From Macrostomum lignano (lineage: Eukaryota), in assembly GCA_002269645.1 (NCBI GenBank), contig NIVC01004942.1, positions 1 through 30,574 on the forward strand: a stretch of 30,574 nt of DNA, read 5' to 3'. Numbering within the stretch: position 1 is the first letter of the stretch; every line of letters starts with the position of its first letter. Positions 1-9,567 of this stretch are shown here, piece after piece. The notes under the pieces are model-generated. The model was not told the origin of the DNA, ran no database searches, and saw nothing but the letters and a program-made list of their open reading frames with translations. A program made the position numbers and the translations under genes.

Positions 1-233
1 GGGTCGCTAAGTTATCAGCTGGTGCCCCCCCCCCCCCGACCACTCTGTTCAGCCCCTGTTGCCTTCATGACTAGGGATCTGCTGGTTGATAATCTTTTGT
101 TATCGCCTCTGCGCCTCTGCTGCTGGCTTATCTAAGCCTCTCCTAGCCCTCGCTTCTACGCTGCGAACGTCCTGGACTCGATTCCCAACTGCGTTAATAG
201 TCAATTCACGCACGGAATGGCCTTCCCCTGCCT

Positions 234-635
234 TCTCATCCGCTGTCTCTCTTCTCATCCGCTGTCTCTTATCGCATCCGCTGTCTCTCATCTCATCTGC
301 TGTCTCTTATCTCATCCGCTGTCTCTCATCTCATCCGCTGTCTCTTATCTCATCCGCTGTCTCTCATCTCATCCGCTGTCTCTTATCTCATCCGCTGTCT
401 CTCATCTCATCCGCTGTCTCTTATCTCATCCGCTGTCTCTCATCTCATCCGCTGTCTCTCATCTCATCCGCTGTCTCTTATCTCATCCGCTGTCTCTTAT
501 CTCATCCGCTGTCTCTTATCTCATCCGCTGTCTCTCATCTCATCCGCTGTCTCTCATCTCATCCGCTGTCTCTCATCTCATCCGCTGTCTCTTATCTCAT
601 CCGCTGTCTCTCATCTCATCCGCTGTCTCCCATCT
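234..635. repeat. 19-bp minisatellite ATCTCATCCGCTGTCTCT(C/T), about 21 copies
   Basis: Direct reading; the 19-aa periodicity of the overlapping ORFs equals 3 x 19 nt. Confidence 0.95.
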
Positions 636-1535
636 AGCATTGCGCAGCACTAAATATCAAATAATTCACGCGCTAGTTTCCAGATACTTTTCCAAATATT
701 TATCAATTCAGCCCGTATTGCAGACAATTAAAAACGCCCTTCAAAACCACCTTTTGCATCCCGGATCACCTGCAAAATTTCAAATCAGAAGTCAGACGGC
801 GGTCAACTAATTAAGCAATCCAGACCGCAGATCTTCGCGCGGATCGGAGGCCGGTTTTATCGCAGTCAAAAAATTTGATGCCCTCATTAACTGGTCCCGC
901 TTTCTCCGTCACCGGGTTCCCAACTGAGTCGGCTTGTTTCCTCTGCTTTGCTTTGATCTCCCTGTGTCTGCTTTGAGCTCCCCGACTCTACCGCTGAGCA
1001 CGGGGATAACAAATAGATTAGGCTGAGCTCAGGCGTGACTAATCCCCTGCTTATCCCCTGCAGTTACGTAACAAATCTTCCCTTCAATTGCCGCTCCGCG
1101 TGTCTGGTCCCCCCCCAATCTCTTCTGGATCAAACAGCGCTGACCATGCAGGGAGAGTGAAGCGCGGAACCTGCAATTAAGAAGTGGGACGGCCAACACG
1201 GGGAGGGGCATCCGGATCCTGAGCCACAAATCCCAAATCAAACAGCAGCCTTTCCCAGGGATCGGGGAGGAGATTTTCCAACAAAACTCGTGTTTGGCCT
1301 CCCTAACTGGCCTTGCATTATTAATTGCATTGAAAATTTAATAAATTCTCAATGCGTTGTCTACTCAGGGGCGGGGCGCAATATTTGCTTGATTAGTGCA
1401 TTTTATGATACCATAAATGCTTAATAATTCTGCAATTTTAATAGACACCTTTCGGTCAGATAATCATAGAAGGACCCCTAGATACTACTGCTAGCCTTAT
1501 AACAGACATTTCAGCTCACAATCCGCTCCTGTCAG

Positions 1536-1657
1536 GTGTCCTTCGAACTGCCGACAAGCTTGATTACGAGACCGCTAAAGTGCATCATCTGGTTGTCAGG
1601 GCAACCGACCCAACATCCGGCACCTACTCTGAAGTTCCAGTCACGGTCAGAGTGCTG
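1536..1657 (+). CDS. FAT-like: Fat-like protocadherin, internal exon A (C-terminal half of an EC repeat)
   Basis: Translates (G)VLRTADKLDYETAKVHHLVVRATDPTSGTYSEVPVTVRVL, with the cadherin LDYE and L-V-x-A-T-D motifs. Acceptor cctgtcag ends at 1535; donor gtgagt starts at 1658 (phase 0) and joins exon B as VL|DENDESP. An alternative in-frame acceptor at 1514 cannot be excluded. Confidence 0.88.
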
Positions 1658-1712
1658 GTGAGTTTTGGATTTTTGGGCTTTTCAAACTACTTTAAAGGTT
1701 AAGATGAATCAT

Positions 1713-2020
1713 ACTACTATCAGTAGGTTTAACTACGTCAAGAAATTATCAGTACTTTAGGCTACTTCAAGCTACTATCAGTAGTTTAAACTACATGAAG
1801 CTACTATCAGTAGTTTAAACTACATCAAGCTACTATCAGTAGTTTAAACTACATCAAGCTACTATAAGTAGTTTAAACTACATCAAGCCTACTATCAGTA
1901 GTTTAAACTACATCAAGCTACTATCAGTAGTTTAAACTACATCAAGCTACTATCAGTAGTTTAAACTACATCACGCTACTATCAGTAGTTTAAACTACAT
2001 CAAGCTACTATTAGTAGTTT
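1713..2020. repeat. 29-bp palindromic minisatellite CTACTATCAGTAGTTTAAACTACATCAAG, about 10 copies
   Basis: Head-to-tail copies without spacers; left copies are degenerate. Fills most of the 393-bp first intron. Confidence 0.93.
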
Positions 2021-2050
2021 CCATGCTAAAAAATTCCCATTTTTTCGCAG

Positions 2051-2809
2051 GACGAAAACGACGAATCGCCAAAATTTACTGCGGCGTCTCTCGAGGTCAC
2101 CGTGTCGGAGCTCGAGGATCCCCGGCTTCGCCGCCCGCTGCTGACGGCTTCCGCCGCGGACCCCGACACGGGCGACGGCGGCCGGGTGACCTTTGCCATC
2201 GAGCCGGACTCGGACAGTGGAGAAAACTCCAGCTCGTCAGCAGATCTCTTCGAGGTGGACTCGACGACTGGCGTGCTGCGGCTGCGCCAGAAGCTGGACC
2301 GCGAGGCCGCGGCGCTGCACCGGCTCCGTCTGGTTGCCAGAGACTCGCATCCTACCAGCCCGAGATCCTCGCTGGTACCCCTGACGGTGAGGGTCGCCGA
2401 CTTCAACGACAACCCGCCGAGATTTCGCCGAGGTGACAACTTGACGAGGCTGTTCCGAATCAACGCCGACTTGCCGCCGGGCAGCTTCGTTGCCAAGGTG
2501 ACGGCGCTGGACGCCGACTCCGCCGAGCAGCCGGCGCTGCGCTACTGGCTGGCGCCGGACTTTGGCGCCAGGCAATTTCGGATGGACGAGCGGCGCGGCG
2601 TCCTGCGCTACCGGCCGAGGGGCGCGGCTGTTGGGCGCTACAATCTGGTTGCCATGGTGACGGACTCGGTGCACTGGGACCGACTCGAGCTGACTGTGGA
2701 GATTCTGCCGTCAGCGACGGGTGGCTTTGAAAGGCCGCTGCGCTGCGCCAGGCGGCTGTTCCACGCCAGGGTGGAGGAGAACCGGCCGGCTGGCCAGCAG
2801 CTGCTGCAG
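2051..2809 (+). CDS. FAT-like: Fat-like protocadherin, internal exon B
   Basis: Acceptor tttttcgcag ends at 2050. Reads DENDESPKF...SAADPDTG...GVLRLRQKLDRE...VADFNDNPPRF...VTALDAD...VEENRPAGQQLLQ. Donor CAG|gtgacc at 2810 (phase 0) matches the next exon. Same frame as ORF 2102..2899. Confidence 0.93.
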
Positions 2810-2895
2810 GTGACCGGAGGGAAGAAAAATGGTTTGCAGGAGGGCTGCGGGTGCACTGGCGCAACGTCTTCGGCGACATCGGCGCACAGCCGCCG

Positions 2896-2991
2896 CTGAG
2901 GCGCCGCACTCATGCACACGCTCACACAGGGTGTACTGTCTAATGATCAGGCATGTACAGTCACTGTGCCTTGGAGGTTGACCCTCATGGG
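2896..2991 (-). mobile_element. Fragment of a dispersed repeat (putative SINE body), copy 1
   Basis: aggcatgtacagtcactgtgccttggaggttgaccct (2949-2985) aligns with aggcatgtacactacactgtgccttggggttggccct (24681-24717). gctcacacagggtgtac (2920-2936) is the exact reverse complement of 4560-4576. Confidence 0.6.
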
Positions 2992-3611
2992 CTTTCTAAT
3001 TCCGATACAATTAGTCTTTTGTGTTGTCAGCTTACCGACCTTACTTATAGTAGTAGCCTCTATAGAAAGTCCTAGAAAGCAGTGTGTGGTTCAGACCAGT
3101 TGACGCAATTGAAGCATGGTTTGGGCACCAATACTCCATGTTCTCACCCGGGGTACCCGGGGTTTAGTTGAGGGGGAGGCTCCTCGAGGGTTGCCACGGC
3201 CGTGGGGCGGTCATATGACCGGTTTTTTTGGCTTTACTAACCCGGAGAAGGCACGGGCTTCCCTGATTGGTTCACTCAACCCCCTCTGGCCCCGGGGAGG
3301 TTTATGTACGTTTGGCTTGAGTACCCGGGGGTGGTGGGTGGTCGGCCCCAGCATGGTAGCCACGGCCCTCGGCCTTCGGGCCAACCCTAATAGGCATGGG
3401 TTCTATCTAACCTGGATTTTTGGGCACGGGCTTCCTGACTGGTATGTCGTTCCGCTGTCACTGTCCCCCGGGGAGGTTTTTGATCTGTCAATTGCCCTTT
3501 GTACAGTCCTCTTAGCTCCAATTAGGATCTCAGTGTACATAAGTACACTCCCAACCTGGACTTCATATTTATCTAGTGGCGTAAGAGCCTGATCAATGGC
3601 TGAGGCGCCGA

Positions 3612-3915
3612 ATTACTTATTACTGTTACTGTTACTGTTACTCCATGTTCTCACCAGAGTCCTGAGCTCTGGCCTCAATCGTGGCCTCTCGGGCTACATG
3701 CCCCTGGCAGTATGGCCCACACTCAGATCCTGCGGCAGAGCCCCCTTTGGGCTGATCCGCGGTAAGCCCCTGGCTTTCCACCCCCGTTTAACAACAAGCA
3801 TGGTTTTGCCTGGTTTTGTCTCGCATAGAGACGCCTAACCGCAGTACCATACATTTAGATTCGAACTCGAGATAAGGCCCACGACCGCTGTCTGACTTCT
3901 TAGTCGGTGCCAACA
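3612..3915 (-). mobile_element. Putative SINE or non-LTR fragment with a (CAGTAA)n tail
   Basis: Minus strand has a B-box-like GAGTTCGAATCT (3857-3868) and ends GGTGAGAACATGGAGTA followed by (ACAGTA)3 and ATAAGTAA. The 17-mer recurs at 3132-3148. Element boundaries are inferred. Confidence 0.45.
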
Positions 3916-3992
3916 GGTCTTGACAGCAGCAAGCCAGGCCAGGGACTCCACTTTTATTAGCACTGCGAAGCCTCCCCCTTGCCCTGTTCCAG

Positions 3993-4404
3993 ATCCAAGT
4001 GGACAACCAGGACCAACTGGACGTCGACTTTCAGCTTCTGAACGACCGCGCCAGTTCCACCTTCAGCCTCAACTCCAGCAGCGGCTGGCTCGCCACCAAA
4101 GGCGTGCTGGACCGCGAGGTCTCCTCCGGCTTCGGCTTTGAGGTGCGCGTGGCGGACCTGGCCGGGCGTCGCTACGCCGACTGCTCAGTCCAGATCGACA
4201 TTGCAGGCGTCAATGACAACCGGCCGGGCTTTGAGTTCGCTGACGAGGAGGTGGCGATCGCAGCGGGAGCCCCTGTCGGCACGGAGGTGTTCCGAGCCCG
4301 AGCCACGGATCGCGACGACCCCATGCGGCCTGTCGACGACTACCGGCTGGACGAGGTGCTGCCGGAGGAGTCGCGCAAGTTCTTTGCGGTCAATGCCAGC
4401 ACCG
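3993..4404 (+). CDS. FAT-like: Fat-like protocadherin, internal exon C
   Basis: Acceptor cccttgccctgttccag ends at 3992. Reads IQVDNQ...LLNDRASSTF...GVLDRE...ADCSVQIDIAGVNDNRP...ATDRDD...FAVNASTG. Donor G|gtgagt at 4405 (phase 1). Confidence 0.93.
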
Positions 4405-4448
4405 GTGAGTCTGAGGATGGAGAAAATCACAGTCTCTAGAACTCTCGG

Positions 4449-4592
4449 GTTCGAATACGCATAGGGAGCGATTGATTGCGCGATTGAGGCCCATGGACGC
4501 CAACCCGGAAGGTGCAGAAGGTGTCTTCTGTGCGCTATGATGAGAAAGTCAGTCCCGTTGTACACCCTGTGTGAGCATTGCGTGCTCAGGGG
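4449..4592 (+). mobile_element. Fragment of the dispersed repeat (putative SINE), copy 2, inverted relative to copies 1 and 3
   Basis: B-box-like GGTTCGAATAC at 4449-4459. 17/17 reverse-complement match to 2920-2936. tgctcagggg (4583-4592) is the reverse complement of 24598-24607. Confidence 0.5.
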
Positions 4593-4605
4593 TCAGCACA
4601 GACCC

Positions 4606-5172
4606 TCAGCCAGAAAGGATGCGGAGAGCCGTTGTTACGAGCCCGGTGAACATCGAGACGCTGACGGACAGGCAGCGGAGCTCCAGCGGTTTTAGCAGCT
4701 CATCTTTCTTTGCCTTTGCTGTCTGCTTCTTGCTGGAGGCCTTAGCAGACCGATAGAGGACGGGGTTGTTCCAGATGGTGGTCGGGACCGGACATACTTG
4801 CAGGAGCTTCTTCTGGAGATTAGACGTCCAGTTACTATTCTTATTTGCGTAGAAATCCCTCACAGGGGCTTCTGGCTAGTCGAAGAACACAAAATTATTT
4901 TTATTGGCCTCTTCCATTTTCTTTGATTGCTACTTGAAGTAGGCCGTCGTGTTAAACTTATTCGCGTTTTCTCGATTACGATTTTGCAAACCCAAGATAT
5001 TCGGCACATAGTATGGAAGGAGCCTGACTTGATAAGTTTGATCATTTTGATTATTTTGCAGTTGGGTAACAGAGAATTGGTATGTAGTTTTCCCTCTTGT
5101 CCCGGCTTCGGCGCTGCTCTTGAATCTGTTTATTAATAATTTGATATAATTATATAATTTTCTACAGTACAC
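4606..5172 (-). pseudogene. Disrupted antisense reading frame of unknown origin inside intron 3
   Basis: ORFs 4930..5172 and 4606..4863 share one frame, separated only by two TAG codons (about 189 codons in total). Non-repetitive and K/N/Q-rich. No family recognised. Confidence 0.3.
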
Positions 5173-5215
5173 GTAAAAGACACAGAACTATCGATCGAAT
5201 TTCCCCATTGCCTAG

Positions 5216-5640
5216 GCGTGGTTACCATAGCAACGGCAGTAGACTCGTTCAGCGAGCATCGCCTTACAATAGTCGCCCGAGACTGGCAGCCACCTCACCT
5301 GGAGGCTCGCCTTCGCCTGACGGTCCTGGCGCTGCCGCCGACTTCACCTCGGTTGAACGTCGCCTGCCGGCCTGTCCTTGGTGTCGACGCGAAACCGCGC
5401 CCGCTCGCCGACTGTCGAGCGACGCTTGGCGACCAGCCCTTTGTCGATTTCGTCGCCGACTTGGCAGAATTCTCGCCGGCCTCGCCGCCAACGTGGCGAC
5501 CCGCGACGGCGGCGGCGCTGACCGTGCAGGGCGACCGGCTGCTGCTGACGGCGACGCCGCTGCTCAGTCCGGAGCGCCTGTTCCGAGGAGCTCTGCAGCT
5601 GGCCGTGACCGTGCGGGCTGCGGGACTCCGGCCGCCGAGG
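5216..5640 (+). CDS. FAT-like: Fat-like protocadherin, internal exon D (includes a degenerate EC repeat)
   Basis: Acceptor ttccccattgcctag ends at 5215 (phase 1, STG|VVTIA). Reads ...LTIVARDWQPPHLEARLRLTVLALPP...LAVTVRAAGLRPPR. Donor AGG|gtgggc at 5641 (phase 0). GC-rich block ends at the donor. Confidence 0.82.
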
Positions 5641-5647
5641 GTGGGCT

Positions 5648-5848
5648 TCAGATCTCTAGATATTTAAGTCTAGATATAAATCTCCAGATGTAGATCTCTT
5701 GATAATGATCTCTAGACGTAGTAGTAGATCACTAAACGTAGAAAAGATATGTAGAAATACGAGCGTAGAATAGATCTCAAGACGTAGAAAAGATCTCATG
5801 ATCTAGAATAGATCTCTAGATGTAGGCCTCTAGATGCAGATCTACTGT
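5648..5848. repeat. Degenerate AT-rich repeat built from AGATCT, TCTAGA and GTAGA modules
   Basis: Repeated variants of tagatctctagacgtagaa begin about 10 nt after the exon D donor. Confidence 0.75.
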
Positions 5849-6011
5849 TCCATATCTTGAGGTATTGACCCCAGGATATTGAGCTCTGGATGCAGCTCTT
5901 TAGTTTTTCAGGTCTTAATATGCTAAGGTTTTCGCACCTACGTACAGAGCACAAATCAGCAGACAGAACATTGTGTACTTTGGTAGCATCAAAGAAGGCC
6001 GACATTTGCAG

Positions 6012-7095
6012 ACCATTCGGCGCCGCCTGAGTTTGCCGGTCGACGGGCTGCCCTCGCCGCTGCCGGTTTTCGAGGCCGTCGAATACCGGGTCCGCCTGTC
6101 CGAGGCCGCGCCACCAGGCACGTCCGTGGTTCGAGTCCGGGCGGACGGCAGCGACTTCGTAGCCTACAGCATCGAGCCGGCTGTCGAATTTCGCATTGAC
6201 TCTTCGACTGGTCACGTGACCTCAGCGGCGCCGCTGGACCGCGAGGCCCAGCCGACCCACCGGCTGACGCTGCGGGCCGCGGACGCCGCGACCGGAGCCA
6301 TCGGACCGTCAGCGAGCCTCGTCGTGGACCTCGTCGACGTCAACGACGAGCCGCCGAGATGGCTGGGTGCGGCCGAGGCCAGCAGCAGCGTGTCCGAGGC
6401 GGCCCCGGTCGGCACGGAGGTGGCCCGACTTCGCCTGTCCGACGCGGACGTAGCCTCCGCCGATGCCGCCGTCCGGTTCCACTTTGTTGATGCTGCCAAC
6501 GATACCGATGATCCGTCCGAGTGGTTCGACATCCTGCCGGACGGCCGACTGGTGCTGGCCGGCCCGCTGGACCGGGAGGCGCGGCCCGTCTTTGAGCTGC
6601 TCATCCTTGCCTCGGACGGCCGGTTCACCACCCACAAGCCGTTCCGCCAGCGCGTCGTCGTCACCGACGTCAACGACAATCCGCCGAGGTGTCGGAGCGA
6701 CTCGCTGCTTGTCGACGTGTCCGAAGCTGCCCCGCTGAACGCCACCGTCGCCTGGGTGGCTGCCGAGGACGCGGACGATCCGGCGTCGGGGTTCGGCCGG
6801 TTGGTTTTCAAGATCGTCGAGTCGGACGCTGGCGCGATCGGCAAGTTCGGCGTCGACTCGGACAGCGGCCGAGTGGCGCTGACGGGCCGGCTGGACCGGG
6901 AGATCCGCGACCGGCACGAGCTGACGGTGGCGGCCAGCGATGGAGAGTTCAGCTGTCGGACTCGCCTGACAGTCCGCGTCATCGATTTCAACGACTGTCC
7001 GCCGGTGTTCACCGCCTGGGAGCTGCGTCCGGTGCCGGAGGACCTGCCAGCTGGAAGTCTCATCGGCAAGGTGCACGCCGAGGACTGCGACATCG
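6012..7095 (+). CDS. FAT-like: Fat-like protocadherin, internal exon E (about 3.5 EC repeats)
   Basis: Acceptor catttgcag ends at 6011 (phase 0). Contains three LDRE motifs, DVNDEPP, DVNDNPPRC, DFNDCPP, and ends HAEDCDIG. Donor G|gtgagt at 7096 (phase 1). Same frame as ORF 5973..7181. Confidence 0.93.
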
Positions 7096-7120
7096 GTGAG
7101 TCTGCGGAAATTGAGAAATT

Positions 7121-7434
7121 GGTAGATCTGCCGCTTATCTACTTAGGAGAGGAGGTAGATCTGCCGCTTATCTACTTATGAGAGGAGGTAGATCTGCCGC
7201 TTATCTGCTTAGGAGAGGAGGTAGATCTGCCGCTTATCTACTTATGAGAGGAGGTAGATCTGCCGCTTATCTACTTATGAGAGGAGGTAGATCTGCCGCT
7301 TATCTACTTATGAGAGGAGGTAGATCTGCCGCTTATCTACTTAGAAGAGGAGGTAAATCTGCCGCTTATCTACTTAGGAGAGGAGGTAGATCTGCCGCTT
7401 ATCTACTTATGAGAGGAGGTAGATCTGCCGCTTA
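7121..7434. repeat. 33-bp minisatellite GGTAGATCTGCCGCTTATCTACTTA(G/T)GAGAGGA, about 9.5 copies
   Basis: Direct reading; 11-aa periodicity in ORF 7178..7435; internal inverted repeat GTAGAT/ATCTAC. Confidence 0.95.
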
Positions 7435-8834
7435 AAAAATTAGAGCTCAATCTACACGCTTATCTACTGTTAGTAATGCAATGGTGTCGCTTTAACAAAA
7501 AGGCAATATTCTCCCGCTTTTCAACAATTTCTTGCCTGGCTACACCCCCTCTTGATGTCAGCAGAACCAGCATTACCATATCTCTCTCTGTGCGGACCTG
7601 TGTTTACAGTTTACAATTTACAGTTTACAGTTTAGCAGGTCTGCACGGCTTCACTGAGTCAGCCGCCTGTTGACAGGCGTGTCTGGCTGGAGGAGCCCCG
7701 CAAAAAAACAACAGAAGATGGATCGCTCGGTGAACTGCAGGACAGACCCGAGCTGCCATATTTGGAACCGCAGCCTTCAGAGTATCAACTTACTGTTATT
7801 AGACTGCACAGGCCGTCTCCATAAGAACAAACTCGCACAGTGCGCCACTACACAGCTCTCGTTGCACAAATCTCTTAATAGCATTTGCTGTTATCGAATA
7901 TCCCATTTACGTGTGCCCGCACACATTTCTGGAATCCCATTTACACTGAACCTCTGCAGTTTCTTTCCCCTGACTTAACCCCCCCCCCGCTGAGCCGCGC
8001 GACCCGCCTGCAGTGCCGCCCGCTGTGTCCAGAATTGAGTTCTCCAACTCTGCAGGCATGTTGAGCCGTGCGGCCAGTGTCTGTGTGAGTGGAGCGTCAA
8101 AAGTCGTTCAGTTTGTTACCAGGAGATCGAATTCCAGAACCCGGAGCAAATGAGTTTCATATCCTCACACCTTCCCTGAATTCCACTGGCCCAGATTTCA
8201 AAATCCCGATTTTTTATGGCTCAATAAAATGGGCAATGTCCATTTTGCATGTCCATTTTGCATCCATTTTGTCGGTTTGCACCGACATCGACAATCCGCC
8301 GGCGCGAGAGTCAGACGCCTTTACCGCTGAGCTTGAATGCGCAGCTGGGTGGTTGCGAAATCAGCTTCTGCTAAAACCAGATGCTACATCGCAGCACTCC
8401 CTGAGCCGCGTTAGGTCTGCAGAGCGATGCAGCCGGGCTTCAGTCAGCCCCAACCCCCCCAGAGTTTTCACACCTCTACAGCCAGCCAGCCCTGCGGCAC
8501 GGCCCGTTTCCTCCGGCAGTGGCAGGCAGCCGGTTAAGCTGAATCCCCTCAGGCTTTGGCCACTTTCCATTCACAGCAGCCAGAGGGAAACTGCTGCGCA
8601 CTGTTCAATGGTTTCCGGTGCTTCTCAACTGACTCTGAAAAATGTAAAATCACTTTCTAAACTGGGAGATTCTTCCTGGCAGCCTGCGTCCCCACGGCTC
8701 TCTCGCCTGACTCCCCTCTGCTTCTCCGTGACACCTCCTGTGTTCCCTATCGATCTTGCCTTTAATTGCGTAATTCCCAACTTCTTGAAACCGCTGGCCT
8801 GTCTGATCTTTCATATCTTTCATCTCCATCTTAC

Positions 8835-9567
8835 TTCTGTCTCCCTCACCCCTCTTCCTGTCCGCTCTCTTGCCTCCTTCTCTGTCTCCCTCACCCCTCT
8901 TCCTCTCCGCTCTCTTGCCTCCTTCTCTGTCTCCCTCACCCCTCTTCCTCTCCGCTCTCTTGCCTCCTTCTCTGTCTCCCTCACCCCTCTTCCTCTCCGC
9001 TCTCTTGTCTCCTTCTCTGTCTCCCTCACCCCTCTTCCTCTCCGCTCTCTTGTCTCCTTCTCTGTCTCCCTCACCCCTCTTCCTCTCCGCTCTCTTGTCT
9101 CCTTCTCTGTCTCCCTCACCCCTCTTCCTCTCCGCTCTCTTGTCTCCTTCTCACTCTCCCTCACCCCTCTTCCTCTCCGCTCTCTTGTCTCCTTCTCTGT
9201 CTCCCTCACCCCTCTTCCTCTCCGCTCTCTTGTCTCCTTCTCTGTCTCCCTCACCCCTCTTCCTCTCCGCTCTCTTGTCTCCTTCTCTGTCTCCCTCACC
9301 CCTCTTCCTCTCCGCTCTCTTGTCTCCTTCTCTGTCTCCCTCACCCCTCTTCCTCTCCGCTCTCTTGTCTCCTTCTCACTCTCCCTCACCCCTCTTCCTC
9401 TCCGCTCTCTTGTCTCCTTCTCTGTCTCCCTCACCCCTCTTCCTCTCCACTCTCTTGTCTCCTTCTCTGTCTCCCTCACCCCTCTTCCTCTCCGCTCTCT
9501 TGTCTCCTTCTCTGTCTCCCTCACCCCTCTTCCTCTCCGCTCTCTTGTCTCCTTCTCACTCTCCCTT
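8835..9567. repeat. 45-bp polypyrimidine minisatellite, about 16 copies
   Basis: Unit TCCTTCTCTGTCTCCCTCACCCCTCTTCCTCTCCGCTCTCTTGTC; 15-aa periodicity in the overlapping ORFs. Confidence 0.95.

Noticed and set aside
1-1481. MITE termini CAGCCCCTG (50-58) and CAGGGGCGG (1366-1374)
   Set aside because: Too short, and no convincing partner terminus or target-site duplication was found.
1515-1535. Alternative exon A acceptor (tttcag at 1514)
   Set aside because: In frame, but it adds HNPLLS, which fits the EC consensus poorly. Kept only as an uncertainty.
4407-4444. Hammerhead-like CTGAGGA-TGGAGA/TCTCTA stem-GAAC after the exon C donor
   Set aside because: GAAA is absent, and no stem III or cleavage triplet can be formed.
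5928-6011. Longer exon E starting at 5928 (VFAPTYRAQIS...) or at the ORF start 5973
   Set aside because: Weak acceptor context and AT-rich codons. The 6011 acceptor gives a better EC strand (PPR|TIRRRLSLPV) and coincides with the GC shift. RNA-seq would settle it.
7096-7181. Read-through of exon E into the 33-mer (GEEVDLPLIYL; the G/T variant toggles Gly and stop) as a secreted isoform
   Set aside because: A strong G|gtgagt donor and a perfect downstream partner exon exist, and nothing supports retention.
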